DNA from: Eledone cirrhosa
Lineage: Eukaryota
Direction of reading: 5' to 3'
Assembly: GCA_964016885.1 (NCBI GenBank)
Contig: OZ024743.1
Coordinates: 322,338,001-322,402,000, forward strand
Length of the DNA stretch: 64,000 nt
Position numbers and translations under genes: made by a program. Shown here piece by piece: positions 13,801-28,050 of the stretch. Numbering within the stretch: the first letter of the stretch is position 1; the number at the start of each line of letters is the position of its first letter. The notes beneath the pieces are model-generated. The model ran no database searches. It saw only the letters and a program-made list of their open reading frames with translations, and was not told the DNA's origin.

Positions 13801-16800
13801 TTACCCACCTCGATCTGGGTCCTTAACTTGGAGCTACGATAAAACACACTTACCCACCGTGATCTGGGTCCTTAACTTGAAACTACAGTAAAACATATTA
13901 CCCACCTCGATCTGGGTCCTTAACTTGGAGCTACAGTAAAAGACACTTACCCACCTCCATCTGGCTCCTTAACTTGGAGCTACAGTAAAAGACACTTAAC
14001 CACCTTGATCTAGGTCCTTAACTTGGAGCTACAGTAAAAGACAACTACCCACCTCGATCTTGGTCCTTAACTTGGAGTTACAGTAAAAGACACATACCCA
14101 CCTGATCTGGGTCCTTAAATTAGAACTACAGTAAAAGACACTTACCCACCTTGATCTGGGTCCTTAACTTGTAGCTACAGTAAAAGTCACATAACCACCT
14201 CGATCTGGGTCCTTAACTTGGAACTACAGTAAAACATACTTACCCACCTCGACCTGGGTCCTTAACTTGGAGCTACAGTAAAACACACTTACCGACCTCG
14301 ATCTGGGTCCTTAACTTAGAGCTACAGTAAAAAACACTTACCCACCCTATCTGGGTCCTTAAGTTGGATCTACAGGAAAACACATTTACCCACCTCTATC
14401 TGGGCCTTTAATTTGGAGCTACAGTAAAAGATACTTACCCTCCTCGATCTGGGTCCTTAACTTGGAGCTACGATAAAACACACTTTCCCACCTCGATCTG
14501 GGTCCTTAATTTGGAACTACAGTAAAATATATTACCCACCTCGATCTGGGTCCTAAACTTGGAGCTACGGTAAAAGACACTTACCCACCTCGATCTGGGT
14601 CCTTAACTTGGAGCTACAGTAAAAGACACTTACCCACCTCGATCTGGGTCCTTAACTTGGAGCTACAGTAAAAGACACTTACCCTCCTCGATCTGGGTCC
14701 TTAACTTGGAGCTACGATAAAACACACTTACCCACCTCAATCAGGTTCCTTAACTTGGAGCTAAAGTAAAAGACACTTACCCACATCGATCTGGGTCCTT
14801 AACTTGGAGCTCGAGTAAAACACTTACCCACCTTGATCTGGGTTCTTAACTTTGAGTTACAATAAAACACACTTACCCACCTCAATCTGGTTCCTTAACT
14901 TGGAGCTACAGTAAAAGACACTTACCCACCTCGATTTGGTTCCTTAACTTGCAGCTAGAGTAAAACACACTTACCCACCTGATCTGGGTCCTTAACTTGG
15001 AACTACAGTAAAAAAAATTACCCACCTCGATCTGGGTCCTAAACTTGGAGCTACAGTAAAAGACACTTACCCACCTTATCCGGGTCCTTAACTTGGAGCT
15101 ACGATAAAAGACACTTACCCACCTCGATCTGGTTCCTTAACTTGGAGCTACAATAAAAGACACTTACCCACCTCGATCTGGGTCCTTAACTTGGTGCTAC
15201 AGTAAAATACCCTTACCCACCTCGATCTGGGCCCTTAACTTGGAGCTACGATAAAACACACTTACCCACCTCGATCTGGGTCCTTAACTTGGAACTACAG
15301 TAAAACATATTACCCACCTCGATCTGGGTCCTAAACTTGGAGCTACAGTAAAAGACACTTACCCACCTCGATCTGGGTCCTTAACTTGGAGCTACAGTAA
15401 AACACACTTATCCACCTCGATCTGGGACCTTAACTTGGAGTTACAGTAAAAGAGACTACCCACCTCGATCTGGGTCCTTAACTTGGAGCTACAGTAAGAC
15501 ATACTTACCCACCTCGATCTGGGTCCTTAACTTGGAGCTACTATAAAACACACTTACCCACCTCAATCAGGTTCCTTAACTTGGAGCTAAAGTAAAAGAC
15601 ACTTGCCCACCTCGATCTGGGTCCTTAACTTGGAGCTAGAGTAAAACACACTTACCCACCTCGATCTGGGTCCTTATCTTGGAGCTACAGTAAAAGACAC
15701 CAACCCACCTCGATCTGGGTCCTTAACTTGGAGCTACAGTAAAAGACAACTACCCCCCTCGATCTTGGTCTTTAACTTGGAGCTACAGTAAACCACACTT
15801 ACCCACCTCGATCAGGGTCCTTAACTTGGAGCTAGAGTTAAACACACTTACCCAACTCGATCTGGGTCCTTAATTTGGAGCTACGATAAAACACACTTAC
15901 ACACCTTGATCAGGCTCGTTAACCTGGAACTACAGTAAAACATATTACCCACCGCGAACTGGGTCCTTCACTTGGAGCTACAGTAAAACACACTTACTCA
16001 GCTCGATCTGGGTCCTTAACTTGGAGCTACACTAAACGAAACTTACCCACCGTGATCTGGGTGCTTAACTTGGAGCTACAGTAAAAGACACTTACCCACA
16101 TCGATCTGGGTCCTTAACTTGGAGCTCGAGTAAAACACTTACCTACCTTGATCTGGGTTCTTAACTTTGAGTCACAATAAAACACACTTACCCACCTCAA
16201 TCTGGTTCCTTAACTTGGAGCTACAGTAAAAGACACTTACCCACCTCGATCTGGTTCCTTAACTTGGAGCTAGAGTAAAACACACTTACCCACCTGATCT
16301 GGGTCCTTAACTTCGAACTACAGTAAAACCTATTACCCACCTCGATCTGGGACTAAACTTGGAGCTACAGTAAAAGACACTTACCCACCTTATCCGGGTC
16401 CTTAACTTGGAGCTACGATAAAAGACACTTACCCACCTTGATCTGGGTCCTTAACTTGGAGCTACAGTAAAATACCCTTACCCACATTGATCTGCGTACG
16501 TAACTTGGAACTACATTTAAACATATTACCCACCTCGATCTGGGTCCATAAATTGGAGCTACAGTAAAAGACACTTACCCACCTTGATCTGGGCCCTTAA
16601 CTTGGAGCTACGATAAAACACACTTACCCACCTAGATCTGGGTCCTTAACTTGGAACTACAGTAAAACATATTACCCACCTCGATCTGGGTCCTAAACTT
16701 GGAGCTAGAGTAAAAGACACTTACCCACCTCGATCTGGGTCTTTAACTTGGAGCTACAGTAAAACACACTTATCCACCTCGATCTGGGACCTTAACTTGG

Positions 16801-19800
16801 AGCTACAGTAAAAGAGACTACCCACCTCGATCTGGGTCCTTAACTTGGAGCTACAGTAAAACATACTTACCCATCTCTATCTGGGTCCTTAACTTGGAGC
16901 TACAGTAAAAGACACTTACCCACCTCGATCTGGGTCCTTAAATTAGAACTACAGTAAAAGATACTTACCCACCGTGATCTGGGTCCTTAACTTGAAACTA
17001 CAGTAAAACATATTACCCACCTCGATCTGGGTCCTTAACTAGGAGCTACAGTAAAAGACACTTACCCACCTCCATCTGGCTCCTTAACTTGGAGCTACAA
17101 TAAAAGACACTTACCCACCCCGATCTGGGTCCTTAACTTGGAGCTACAGTAAAATAAACTTACCCACCTTGATCTGGGTCCTTTACTTCGTGCTAATGTA
17201 AAACACACTTACCCACCTTGATCTGTGTCCTTAACTTGGAGCCACAGTAAAAGACACTTACCCTCCTCGATCTGGGTCCTTAACTTGGAGCTTCAGTAAA
17301 AGACACTTACCTGCCTCGATCTTGGTCTTTAACTTGGAACTACAATAAAAGACACTTACCCACCTCGATCTGGATCCTTAACTTGGAACTACAGTAAAAG
17401 GCACTTACCCACCTTGATCTGCGTCCTTATCTTGGAGCTACAGTAAAAGACACTTAGCCACCTCGATCTGGGTCCTTAACTTGGAGCTACAGTAAAACAC
17501 CCTTACCCACATTGATCTGGGTACTTAACTTGAAGCTACAGTAAAAGACACTTACCCACCCTGATCTGTGTCCTTAACTTGGAGCTGCAGTAAAAGACAC
17601 TTACCCATCTCTATCTGGGTCCTTAACTTGGAGCTACAGTAAAAGACACTTACCCACCTCGATCTGGGTCCTTAAATTAGAACTACAGTAAAAGACACTT
17701 ACCCACCTTGATCTGGGTCCTTAACTTGTAGCTACAGTAAAAGTCACATAACCACCTCGATCTGGGTCCTTAACTTGGAGCTACAGTAAAACATACTTAC
17801 CCACCTCGATCTGGGTCCTTAACTTGGAGCTACAGTAAAACACACTTACCGACCTCGATCTGGGTCCTTAACTTAGAGCTACAGTAAAAAACACTTACCC
17901 ACCTCGATCTGGGTCCTTAAGTTGGATCTACAGGAAAACACATTTACCCACCTCTATCTGGGCCCTTAATTTGGAGCTACAGTAAAAGATACTTACCCTC
18001 CTCGATCTGGATCCTTAACTTGGAGCTACGATAAAACACACTTTCCCACCTCGATCTGGGTCCTTAATTTGGAACTACAGTAAAACATATTACCCACCTC
18101 GATCTGGGTCCTAGACTTGGAGCTACAGTAAAAGACACTTACCCACCTCGATCTGGGTCCTTAAATTGGAGCTACAGTAAAAGACACTTACCCACCTCGA
18201 TCTGGGTCCTTAACTTGGAGCTACAGTAAAAGACACTTACCCTCCTCGATCTGGGTCCTTAACTTGGAGCTACGATAAAACACACTTACCCACCTCGATC
18301 TGGGTCCTTAACTTGGAACTACAGTAAAACATATTACCCACCTCGATCTGGGTCCTAAACTTGGAGCTACAGTAAAAGACACTTACCCACCTCGATCTGG
18401 GTCCTTAACTTGGAGCTACAGTAAAACACACTTATCCACCCCTCGATCTGGGACCTTAACTTGGAGCTACAGTAAAAGAGACTACCCACCTCGATCTGGG
18501 TCCTTAACTTGGAGCTACAGTAAAACATACTTACCCATCTCTATCTGGGTCCTTAACTTGGAGCTACAGTAAAAGACACTTACCTGCCTCGATCTGGGTC
18601 CTTAAATTAGAACTACAGTAAAAGATACTTACCCACCGTGATCTGGGTCCTTAACTTGAAACTACAGTAAAACATATTACCCACCTCGATCTGGGTCCTT
18701 AACTAGGAGCTACAGTAAAAGACACTTACCCACCTCCATCTGGCTCCTTAACTTGGAGCTACAATAAAAGACACTTACCCACCCCGATCTGGGTCCTTAA
18801 CTTGGAGCTACAGTAAAATAAACTTATCCACCTTGATCTGGGTCCTTTACTTCGTGCTAATGTAAAACACACTTACCCACCTTGATCTGTGTCCTTAACT
18901 TGGAGCCACAGTAAAAGACACTTACCCTCCTCGATCTGGGTCCTTAACTTGGAGCTTCAGTAAAAGACACTTACCTGCCTCGATCTTGGTCTTTAACTTG
19001 GAACTACAATAAAAGACACTTACCCACCTCGATCTGTGTCCTTAAATTGGAGCTTCAGTAAAAGACACTTACCCACCTCGATCTGGGTCCTTAACTTGGA
19101 GCTATAGTAAAAGATACTTACCCACATCGATCTGGATCCTTAACTTGGAACTACAGTAAAAGACACTTACCCACCTTGATCTGTGTCCTTAACTTGGAGC
19201 TGCAGTAAAAGACACTTACCCATCTCTATCTGGGTCCTTAACTTGGAGCTACAGTAAAAGACACTTACCCACCTCGATCTGGGTCCTTAAATTAGAACTA
19301 CAGTAAAAGACACTTACCCACCTTGATCTGGGTCCTTAACTTGTAGCTACAGTAAAAGTCACATAACCACCTCGATCTGGGTCCTTAACTTGGAGCTACA
19401 TTAAAACATACTTACCCACCTCGATCTGGGTCCTTAACTTGGAGCTACAGTAAAACACACTTACCGACCTCGATCTGGGTCCTTAACTTAGAGCTACAGT
19501 AAAAAACACTTACCCACCTCGATCTGGGTCCTTAAATTAGAACTACAGTAAAAGACACTTACCCACCTGATCTGGGTCCTTAACTTGTAGCTACAGTAAA
19601 AGTCACATAACCACCTCGATCTGGGTCCTTAACTTGGAGCTACAATAAAAGACACTTACCCACCCTGATCTGGGTCCTTTACTTGGTGCTACACTAAAAC
19701 ACACTTACCCACCTCGATCTGGGTCCTTAACTTGGAGCTACAGTAAAAGACAGTTACCCACCTCGATCTGGGTCCTTAACTTGGAGCTACGATAAAACAC

Positions 19801-22300
19801 ACTTACCCACCGTGATCTGGGTCCTTAACTTGAAACTACAGTAAAACATATTACCACCTCGATCTGGGTCCTTAACTTGGAGCTACAGTAAAAGACACTT
19901 ACCCACCTCCATCTGGCTCCTTAACTTGGAGCTACAGTAAAAGACACTTAACCACCTTGATCTAGGTCCTTAACTTGGAGCTACAGTAAAACACACTTAC
20001 CGACCTCGATCTGGGTCCTTAACTTAGAGCTACAGTAAAAAACACTTACCCACCTCGATCTGGGTCCTTAAGTTGGATCTACAGGAAAACACATTTACCC
20101 ACCTCTATCTGGGCCCTTAATTTGGAGCTACAGTAAAAGATACTTACCCTCCTCGATCTGGATCCTTAACTTGGAGCTACGATAAAACACACTTTCCCAC
20201 CTCGATCTGGGTCCTTAATTTGGAACTACAGTAAAACATATTACCCACCTCGATCTGGGTCCTAGACTTGGAGCTACAGTAAAAGACACTTACCCACCTC
20301 GATCTGGGTCCTTAAATTGGAGCTACAGTAAAAGACACTTACCCACCTCGATCTGGGTCCTTAACTTGGAGCTACAGTAAAAGACACTTACCCTCCTCGA
20401 TCTGGGTCCTTAACTTGGAGCTACGATAAAACACACTTACCCACTGCGATCTGGGTCCTTAACTTGGAACTACAGTAAAACATATTACCCACCTCGATCT
20501 GGGTCCTAAACTTGGAGCTACAGTAAAAGACACTTACCCACTTCGATCTGGGTCCTTAACTTGGAGCTACAGTAAAACACACTTATCCACCCCTCGATCT
20601 GGGACCTTAACTTGGAGCTACAGTAAAAGAGACTACCCACCTCGATCTGGGTCCTTAACTTGGAGCTACAGTAAAACATACTTACCCATCTCTATCTGGG
20701 TCCTTAACTTGGAGCTACAGTAAAAGACACTTACCTGCCTCGATCTGGGTCCTTAAATTAGAACTACAGTAAAAGATACTTACCCACCGTGATCTGGGTC
20801 CTTAACTTGAAACTACAGTAAAACATATTACCCACCTCGATCTGGGTCCTTAACTAGGAGCTACAGTAAAAGACACTTACCCACCTCCATCTGGCTCCTT
20901 AACTTGGAGCTACAATACAAGACACTTACCCACCCCGATCTGGGTCCTTAACTTGGAGCTACAGTAAAATAAACTTACCCACCTTGATCTGGGTCCTTTA
21001 CTTCGTGCTAATGTAAAACACACTTACCCACCTTGATCTGTGTCCTTAACTTGGAGCCACAGTAAAAGACACTTACCCTCCTCGATCTGGGTCCTTAACT
21101 TGGAGCTTCAGTAAAAGACACTTACCTGCCTCGATCTTGGTCTTTAACTTGGAACTACAATAAAAGACACTTACCCACCTCGATCTGTGTCCTTAAATTG
21201 GAGCTTCAGTAAAAGACACTTACCCACCTCGATCTGGGTCCTTAACTTGGAGCTATAGTAAAAGATACTTACCCACATCGATCTGGATCCTTAACTTGGA
21301 ACTACAGTAAAAGACACTTACCCACCTTGATCTGTGTCCTTAACTTGGAGCTGCAGTAAAAGACACTTACCCATCCTTATCTGGGTCCTTAACTTGGAGC
21401 TACAGTAAAAGACACTTACCCACCTCGATCTGGGTCCTTAAATTAGAACTACAGTAAAAGACACTTACCCACCTTGATCTGGGTCCTTAACTTGTAGCTA
21501 CAGTAAAAGTCACATAACCACCTCGATCTGGGTCCTTAACTTGGAGCTACATTAAAACATACTTACCCACCTCGATCTGGGTCCTTAACTTGGAGCTACA
21601 GTAAAACACACTTACCGACCTCGATCTGGGTCCTTAACTTAGAGCTACAGTAAAAAACACTTACCCACCTCGATCTGGGTCCTTAAATTAGAACTACAGT
21701 AAAAGACACTTACCCACCTGATCTGGGTCCTTAACTTGTAGCTACAGTAAAAGTGACATAACCACCTCGATCTGGGTCCTTAACTTGGAGCTACAATAAA
21801 AGACACTTACCCACCCTGATCTGGGTCCTTTACTTGGTGCTACAGTAAAACACACTTACCCACCTCGATTTGGGTCCTTAACTTAGAGCTACAGTAAAAA
21901 ACACTTACCCACCCTATCTGGGTCCTTAAGTTGGATCTACAGGAAAACACATTTACCCACCTCTATCTGGGCCTTTAATTTGGAGCTACAGTAAAAGATA
22001 CTTACCCTCCTCGATCTGGGTCCTTAACTTGGAGCTACGATAAAACACACTTTCCCACCTCGATCTGGGTCCTTAATTTGGAACTACAGTAAAACATATT
22101 ACCCACCTCGATCTGGGTCCTAAACTTGGAGCTACGGTAAAAGACACTTACCCACCTCGATCTGGGTCCTTAACTTGGAGCTACAGTAAAAGACACTTAC
22201 CCACCTCGATCTGGGTCCTTAACTTGGAGCTACAGTAAAAGACACTTACCCTCCTCGATCTGGGTCCTTAACTTGGAGCTACGATAAAACACACTTACCC
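8680..22300. repeat. ~6.05 kb tandem segmental duplication (copy 1 ~8680-14730; copy 2 ~14732-22300, internally expanded)
   Basis: Rare markers at constant offset: tacagtaaaaaaaattaccc 8951/15004, agacaccaaccc 9642/15695, aaacgaaactt 9981/16034 (all 6053). The offset drifts by about one monomer at a time to 6101 (11081/17182) and 6149 (12281/18430). The terminal block 14341 recurs at 21908. Confidence 0.9.
17841..21870. repeat. 2151-bp (~44-monomer) tandem duplication nested in the second 6-kb copy
   Basis: Offset 2151 for agttggatctacagg 17920/20071, acttatccacccctcg 18430/20581, tttacttcgtgctaatg 18846/20997 and acttacctg 18578/20729. Confidence 0.9.
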
Positions 22301-22399
22301 ACCTCATCTGGGTCCTTAACTTGGAACTACAGTAAAACATATTACCCACCTCGATCTGGGTCCTAAACTTGGAGCTACATTAAAAGACACTTACCCACC

Positions 22400-25300
22400 T
22401 CGATCTGGGTCCTTAACTTGGAACTAGAGTAAGACACTTACCCACCTCGATCTGGGTCCTTTACTTGGAGCTACAATAAAACAAACTTACGCACCTCAAT
22501 CTGGTTACTTCACTTGGAGCTACAGCAAAATACACTTACCAACCTCGATCTGGGTCCTTTATTGGAGTTAGAGTAAAACACACTTACCCACATTGATCTG
22601 GGTCCATAACTTGGAGCTACAGTAAACGACACTTAACCACCTTGATCTAGGTCCTTAACTTGGAGCTACAGTAAAAGAGTATTACCCAACTTGATCTGGG
22701 TCCTTAACTTGGAGCTGCAGTAAAAGACAACTACCCACCTTGATCTGTGTCCTTAACTTGGAACTACAGTAAAAGACACTTACCCACCTCGATCTGGGAC
22801 CTTAACTTGGAGCTACAGTAAAAGACACTTACCCACCTCAATCTGGTTTCTTAACTTGGAACTACAGTAAAAGACACTTACCCACCTCGATCTGGGTCCT
22901 TAACTTGGAGCTAGTGTAAAACACACTTACCCACCTCGATCTGGGTCCTTAACTTGGAGCTACAGTAAAAGACACTTACCCACCTTGCTCTGGGTCCTTA
23001 ACTTGGAGCTACGATATAACACACTTACCCACCGTGATCTGGGTCCTTAACTTGAAACTACAGTAAAACACACTTACCCACCTCGATCTGGGTCCTTAAC
23101 TTGGAGCTACAGTAATAGACACTTACCCACCTCCATCTGGCTCCTTAACTTGGAGCTACAATAAAAGACACTTACCCACCCCGATCTGGGTCCTTAACAT
23201 GGAGCTTCAGTAAAAGACACTTACCCGCCTCGATCTGGGTCTTTAACTTGGAGCTACAGTAAAATACACTTACCCATCTCGATCTGTGTCCTTAACTTGG
23301 AGCTTTAGTAAAAGACACTTACCCACCTCTATCTGGGTCCTTAACTTGGAGCTACAGTAAAAGACACTTACCCACCCCGATCTGGGTCTTTAACTTGGAG
23401 CTACAGTAAAACATACTTACCCACCTAATCTGGGTCCTTAACTTGTAGCTACAGTAAAAGTCACATAACCACCTCGATCTGGGTCCTTAACTTGGAGCTA
23501 CAGTAAAACATACTTACCCACCTCGATCTGGGTCCTTAACTCGGAGCTACAGTAAAACATATTACCCACCTCGATCTGGGTCCTTAACTTGGAGCTACAG
23601 TAAAACACACTTACCCACCTTGATCTGGGTCCCTAACTTGGAGCTACAGTAAAACACACTTACCCACCTAGATCTGGGTCCTTAACTTTGAGCAACAGTA
23701 AAACACACTTACCCACCTCGATCTGGGTCCTTAACTTGGTGCTAGGGTAAAACACACTTACCCACCTCGATCTGGGTCCTTAACTTGGAGCTACAGTAAA
23801 AGACAATTACACACCTCGATCTGGGTCCTTAACTTGGAGCTACGATAAAACACACTTACCCACCATTATCTGGGTCCTTAACTTGAAACTACAGTAAAAC
23901 ATATTACCCACCTCGATCTGGGTCCTTAACTTGGAGCTACAGTAAAAGACACTTACCCACCTCCATCTGGCTCCTTAACTTGGAGCTACAATAATAGACA
24001 CTTACCCACCCCGATCTGGGTCCTTTACTTGGTGCTACAGTAAAACACACTTACCCACCTTGATCTGGGTCCTTAACTTGGAGCTACAGTAAAACACACT
24101 TACCCACCTCGATCTGGGTCCTTAACTTGGAGCTACAGTAAAAGACACTGCCCACCTCGATCTGGGTCCTTAACTTGGAGCTACAGTAAAACATACTTAC
24201 CCAGCACGATATGGGTCCTTAACTTGCAGCTACAGTAAAAGACACTTACCCACCTCGATATGGGTCCTTAAATTGGAGCTACAGTAAAAGACACTTACCC
24301 AGCTTGATCTGGGTCCTTAACTTGGAGCTACAGTAAAAGACACTTACCCACCTCGATCTGGGTCCTTAACTTGGAGCTACGATAAAACACACCTACCCAC
24401 CTCGATCTGGGTCCTTAACATGGAACTACAGTAAAACACCCTTACCCACCTCGATGTGGGTCCTTTACTTGGAGCTACAGTAAAACACACTTACTCACCT
24501 CGATCTGGGTCCTTAACTTGGAGCTATAGTAAAAGACACTTACCCACCCGATCTGGGTCCTTAGCTTGGAGCTACAGTAAAAGACACTTACCCACCTTGA
24601 TCTGGGTCCTTAACTTGGAGCTACAGTAAAAGACACTTACCCACCTCGATCTGGGTCCTTAACTTGGAGCTACAGTAAAACAACCTTACCCATATTGATC
24701 TGGGTCCTTAACTTGGAACTACAGTAAAACATATTACCCACCTTGATCTGGGTCCTTAACTTGGAGCTACAGTAAAAGACACTTACTCACCTTGATCTGG
24801 GTCCTTAACTTGGAGCTACAGTAAAAGACACTTACCCACCTTGATCTGGTTCCTTAACTTGGAGCTAGAGTAAAACACTTACCCACCTCGATCTGGGTCC
24901 TTTACTTTGAGCAACAGTAAAACACACTTACCCACCTCGATCTGGGTCCTTAACTTGGTGCTAGAGTAAAACACACTTACCCACCTCGATCTGGGTCCTT
25001 AACTTGCAGCTACAGTAAAAGACAATTACCCACCTAGATCTGGGTCCTTAACTTGGAGCTAGAGTAAAACACTTACACACCTCGATCTGGGTCCTTAAAT
25101 TGGAGCTACAATAAAGCACACTTAACCACCTCAATCTGGTTCCTTAACTTGGAGCTACAGTAAAAGACACTTACCCACCTCGACTGTGTCCTTAACTTGG
25201 AGCTACAGTAAAACACACTTACCCACCTTGATCTGGGTCCTTAACTTAGAGCTACAGTAAAAGACACTACCCACCTCGATCTAGGTCCTTAACTTGGAGT

Positions 25301-28050
25301 TACAGTAAAACATACTTCCCCACCTCAATATGGGTCCTTAATTTGGAGCTACAGTAAAAGACACTACCCACCTCGATCTGCGTCCTTAACTTGGAGCTAC
25401 AGTAAAAGACACTTACCCACCTCTATCTGTGTCCTTAACTTGGAGCTACCGAAAAAGACACTTACCCACCTTGATCTGGGTCCTTAAATTGGAGCTACAG
25501 TAAAATACACTTAACCACCTTGATCTAGGTCCTTAACTTGGAGCTACAGTAAAAGACAACTACACACCTTGATCTTAATCCTTAACTTGGAGCTACAGTA
25601 AAACACTTACCCACCTCGATCTTGGTCCTTAACTTGGAGCTACAAAAAAAACACACTTACCCACCTGATCTGGGTCCTTAACTTGGAGCTACAGTAAAAC
25701 ACAATTACCCACCTTGATCTGGGTCCTTAACTTGGAGCTAGAGTAAAACACACTTACCCACCATCTATCTGGGTACTTAACTTGGAGCTAGAGTAAAACA
25801 CTTACCCACCTAGATCTGGGTCCTTAAATTAGAGGTACAATAAAACACACTTACCCCCCTTGATCTGGGTCCTTAACTTGGAGGTTCAATAAAACACACT
25901 TACCCACCTGATCTGGGTCCTTAACATGGAGCTACAGTAAAACATACTTACCCACCTCGATCTGGGTCCTTAACTTGGAGCTAGAGTAAAACACACTTAC
26001 CCACCTTGACCTGGGTACTTAACTTGGAGCTAGAGTAAAACACACTTACTCACCTCGATCTGGGTCCTTAACTTGGAGCTATGGTAAAAGACACTTACCC
26101 ACCTCTATCTGGGTCCTTAACTTGGAGCTACAGTAAAAGACACTTACCCACTTTGATCTGGGTCCTTAACTTGGCGCTACAGTAAAAGACACTTACCCAC
26201 CTCGATCTGGGTCCTTAACATGGAGCTACAGTAAAACACCCTTACCCACATTGATCTGGGTCCTTAACTTGGAGCTACAGTAAAAGACACTTACCCCCCT
26301 GATCTGGGTCCTTAACTTGGAGCTACTGTAAAAGACACTTACCCACCTCGATCTGGGTCCTTAACTTGGAGCTACGATAAAACACACTTACCCACCTTGA
26401 TCTGGGTCCTTAACTTGGAACTACAGTAAAACATATTACCCACCTCGATCTGGGTCCTTAAATTGGAGCTACAGTAAAAGACACTTAACCACCTTGATCT
26501 AGGTCCTTAACTTCGAGCTACAGTAACAGACAACTACCCACCTCGATCCTGGTCCTTAAGTTGGAGCTACAGTAAAAGACACTTACCCAGCTTGATCTGG
26601 GTCCTTAACTTGGAGCTACAGTAAAAGACACTTCCCCACCTCGATCTGGGTCCTTAACTTGGAGCTACGATAAAACACACTTACCCACCTCGATCTGGGT
26701 CCTTAACATGGAACTACAGTGAAACACCCTTACCCACCTCGATCTGGGTCCTTAACTTGGAGCTACAGTAAAACACACTTACTCACCTCGATCTCGGTCC
26801 TTAACTTGGAGCTATAGTAAAAGACACTTACCCACCTCGATCTGGGTCCTTAGCTTGGAGCTACAGTAAAAGACACTTACCCACCTTGATCTGGGTCCTT
26901 AACTTGGAGCTACAGTAAAAGACACTTACCCACCTCGATCTGGGTCCTTAACTTGGAGCTACAGTAAAAGACAGTTACCCAGCTTGATCTGGGTCCTTAA
27001 CTTGGAGCTACGGTAAAACACCCTTACCCACATTGATCTGGGTCCTTAACTTGGAATTACAGTAAAACACTTACCCACCTCGATCTGGGTCCTTAACTTG
27101 GAGCTACAGTAAAAGACACTTACCCACCTTGATCTGGGTCCTTAACTTGGAGCTACAGTAAAAGACAGTTACCCAGCTTGATCTGGGTCCTTAACTTGGA
27201 GCTACCGTAAAACACCCTTACCCACATTGATCTGGGTCCTTAACTTGGAATTACAGTAAAACACTTACCCACCTCGATCTGGGTCCTTAACTTGGAGCTA
27301 CAGTAAAAGACACTTACCCACCTTGATCTGGGTCCTTAACTTGGAGCTACAGTAAAAGACACTTACCCACCTCGATCTGGATCTTTAACTTGGAGCTACA
27401 GTAAAACACCCTTACCCACATTGATCTGGGTCCTTAACTTGGAGCTACAGTAAAAGACACTTACCCACACTGATCTGGTTCCTTAACTTGCAACTAAAGT
27501 AAAACATTTACCCACCTCGATCTGGGTCCTTAACTTGGAGCTACAATAAAACACACTTACACACCTCAATCTGGTTCTTTAACTCGGAGCTACAGTAAAA
27601 GACACTTACCCAGCTTGATCTGGGTCCTTAACTTGGAGCTACAGTAAAAGACACTTACCCACCTCGATCTGGGTCCTTAACTTGGAGCTACGATAAAACA
27701 CACTTACCCACCTCGATCTGGGTCCTTAACTTGGAACTACAGTAAAACATATTACCCACCTCTATCTGGGTCCTTAAATTGGAGCTACAGTAAAAGACAC
27801 TTAACCACCTTGATCTAGGTCCTTAACTTGGAGCTACAGTAAAAGACAACTACCCACCTCGATCTTGGTCCTTAACTTGGAGCTACAGTAAAAGACACTT
27901 ACCCAGCTTGATCTGGGTCCTTAACTTGGAGCTACGATAAAACACACTTACCCACCTCGATCTGGGTCCTTAACTTGGAGCTACGATAAAACACACTTAC
28001 CCACCTCGATCTGGGTCCTTAACATGGAACTACAGTAAAACACCCTTACC
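22400..28050. repeat. Heterogeneous transition sub-domain with many private monomer variants and only short shared blocks
   Basis: Private variants cluster at 22440-22760. Short re-used blocks: ttagcttgg 24561/26850 and ttggcgctac 26171/28901. Lacks both the gttggatc marker of the left domain and the 38-bp monomer of the right domain. Confidence 0.65.
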
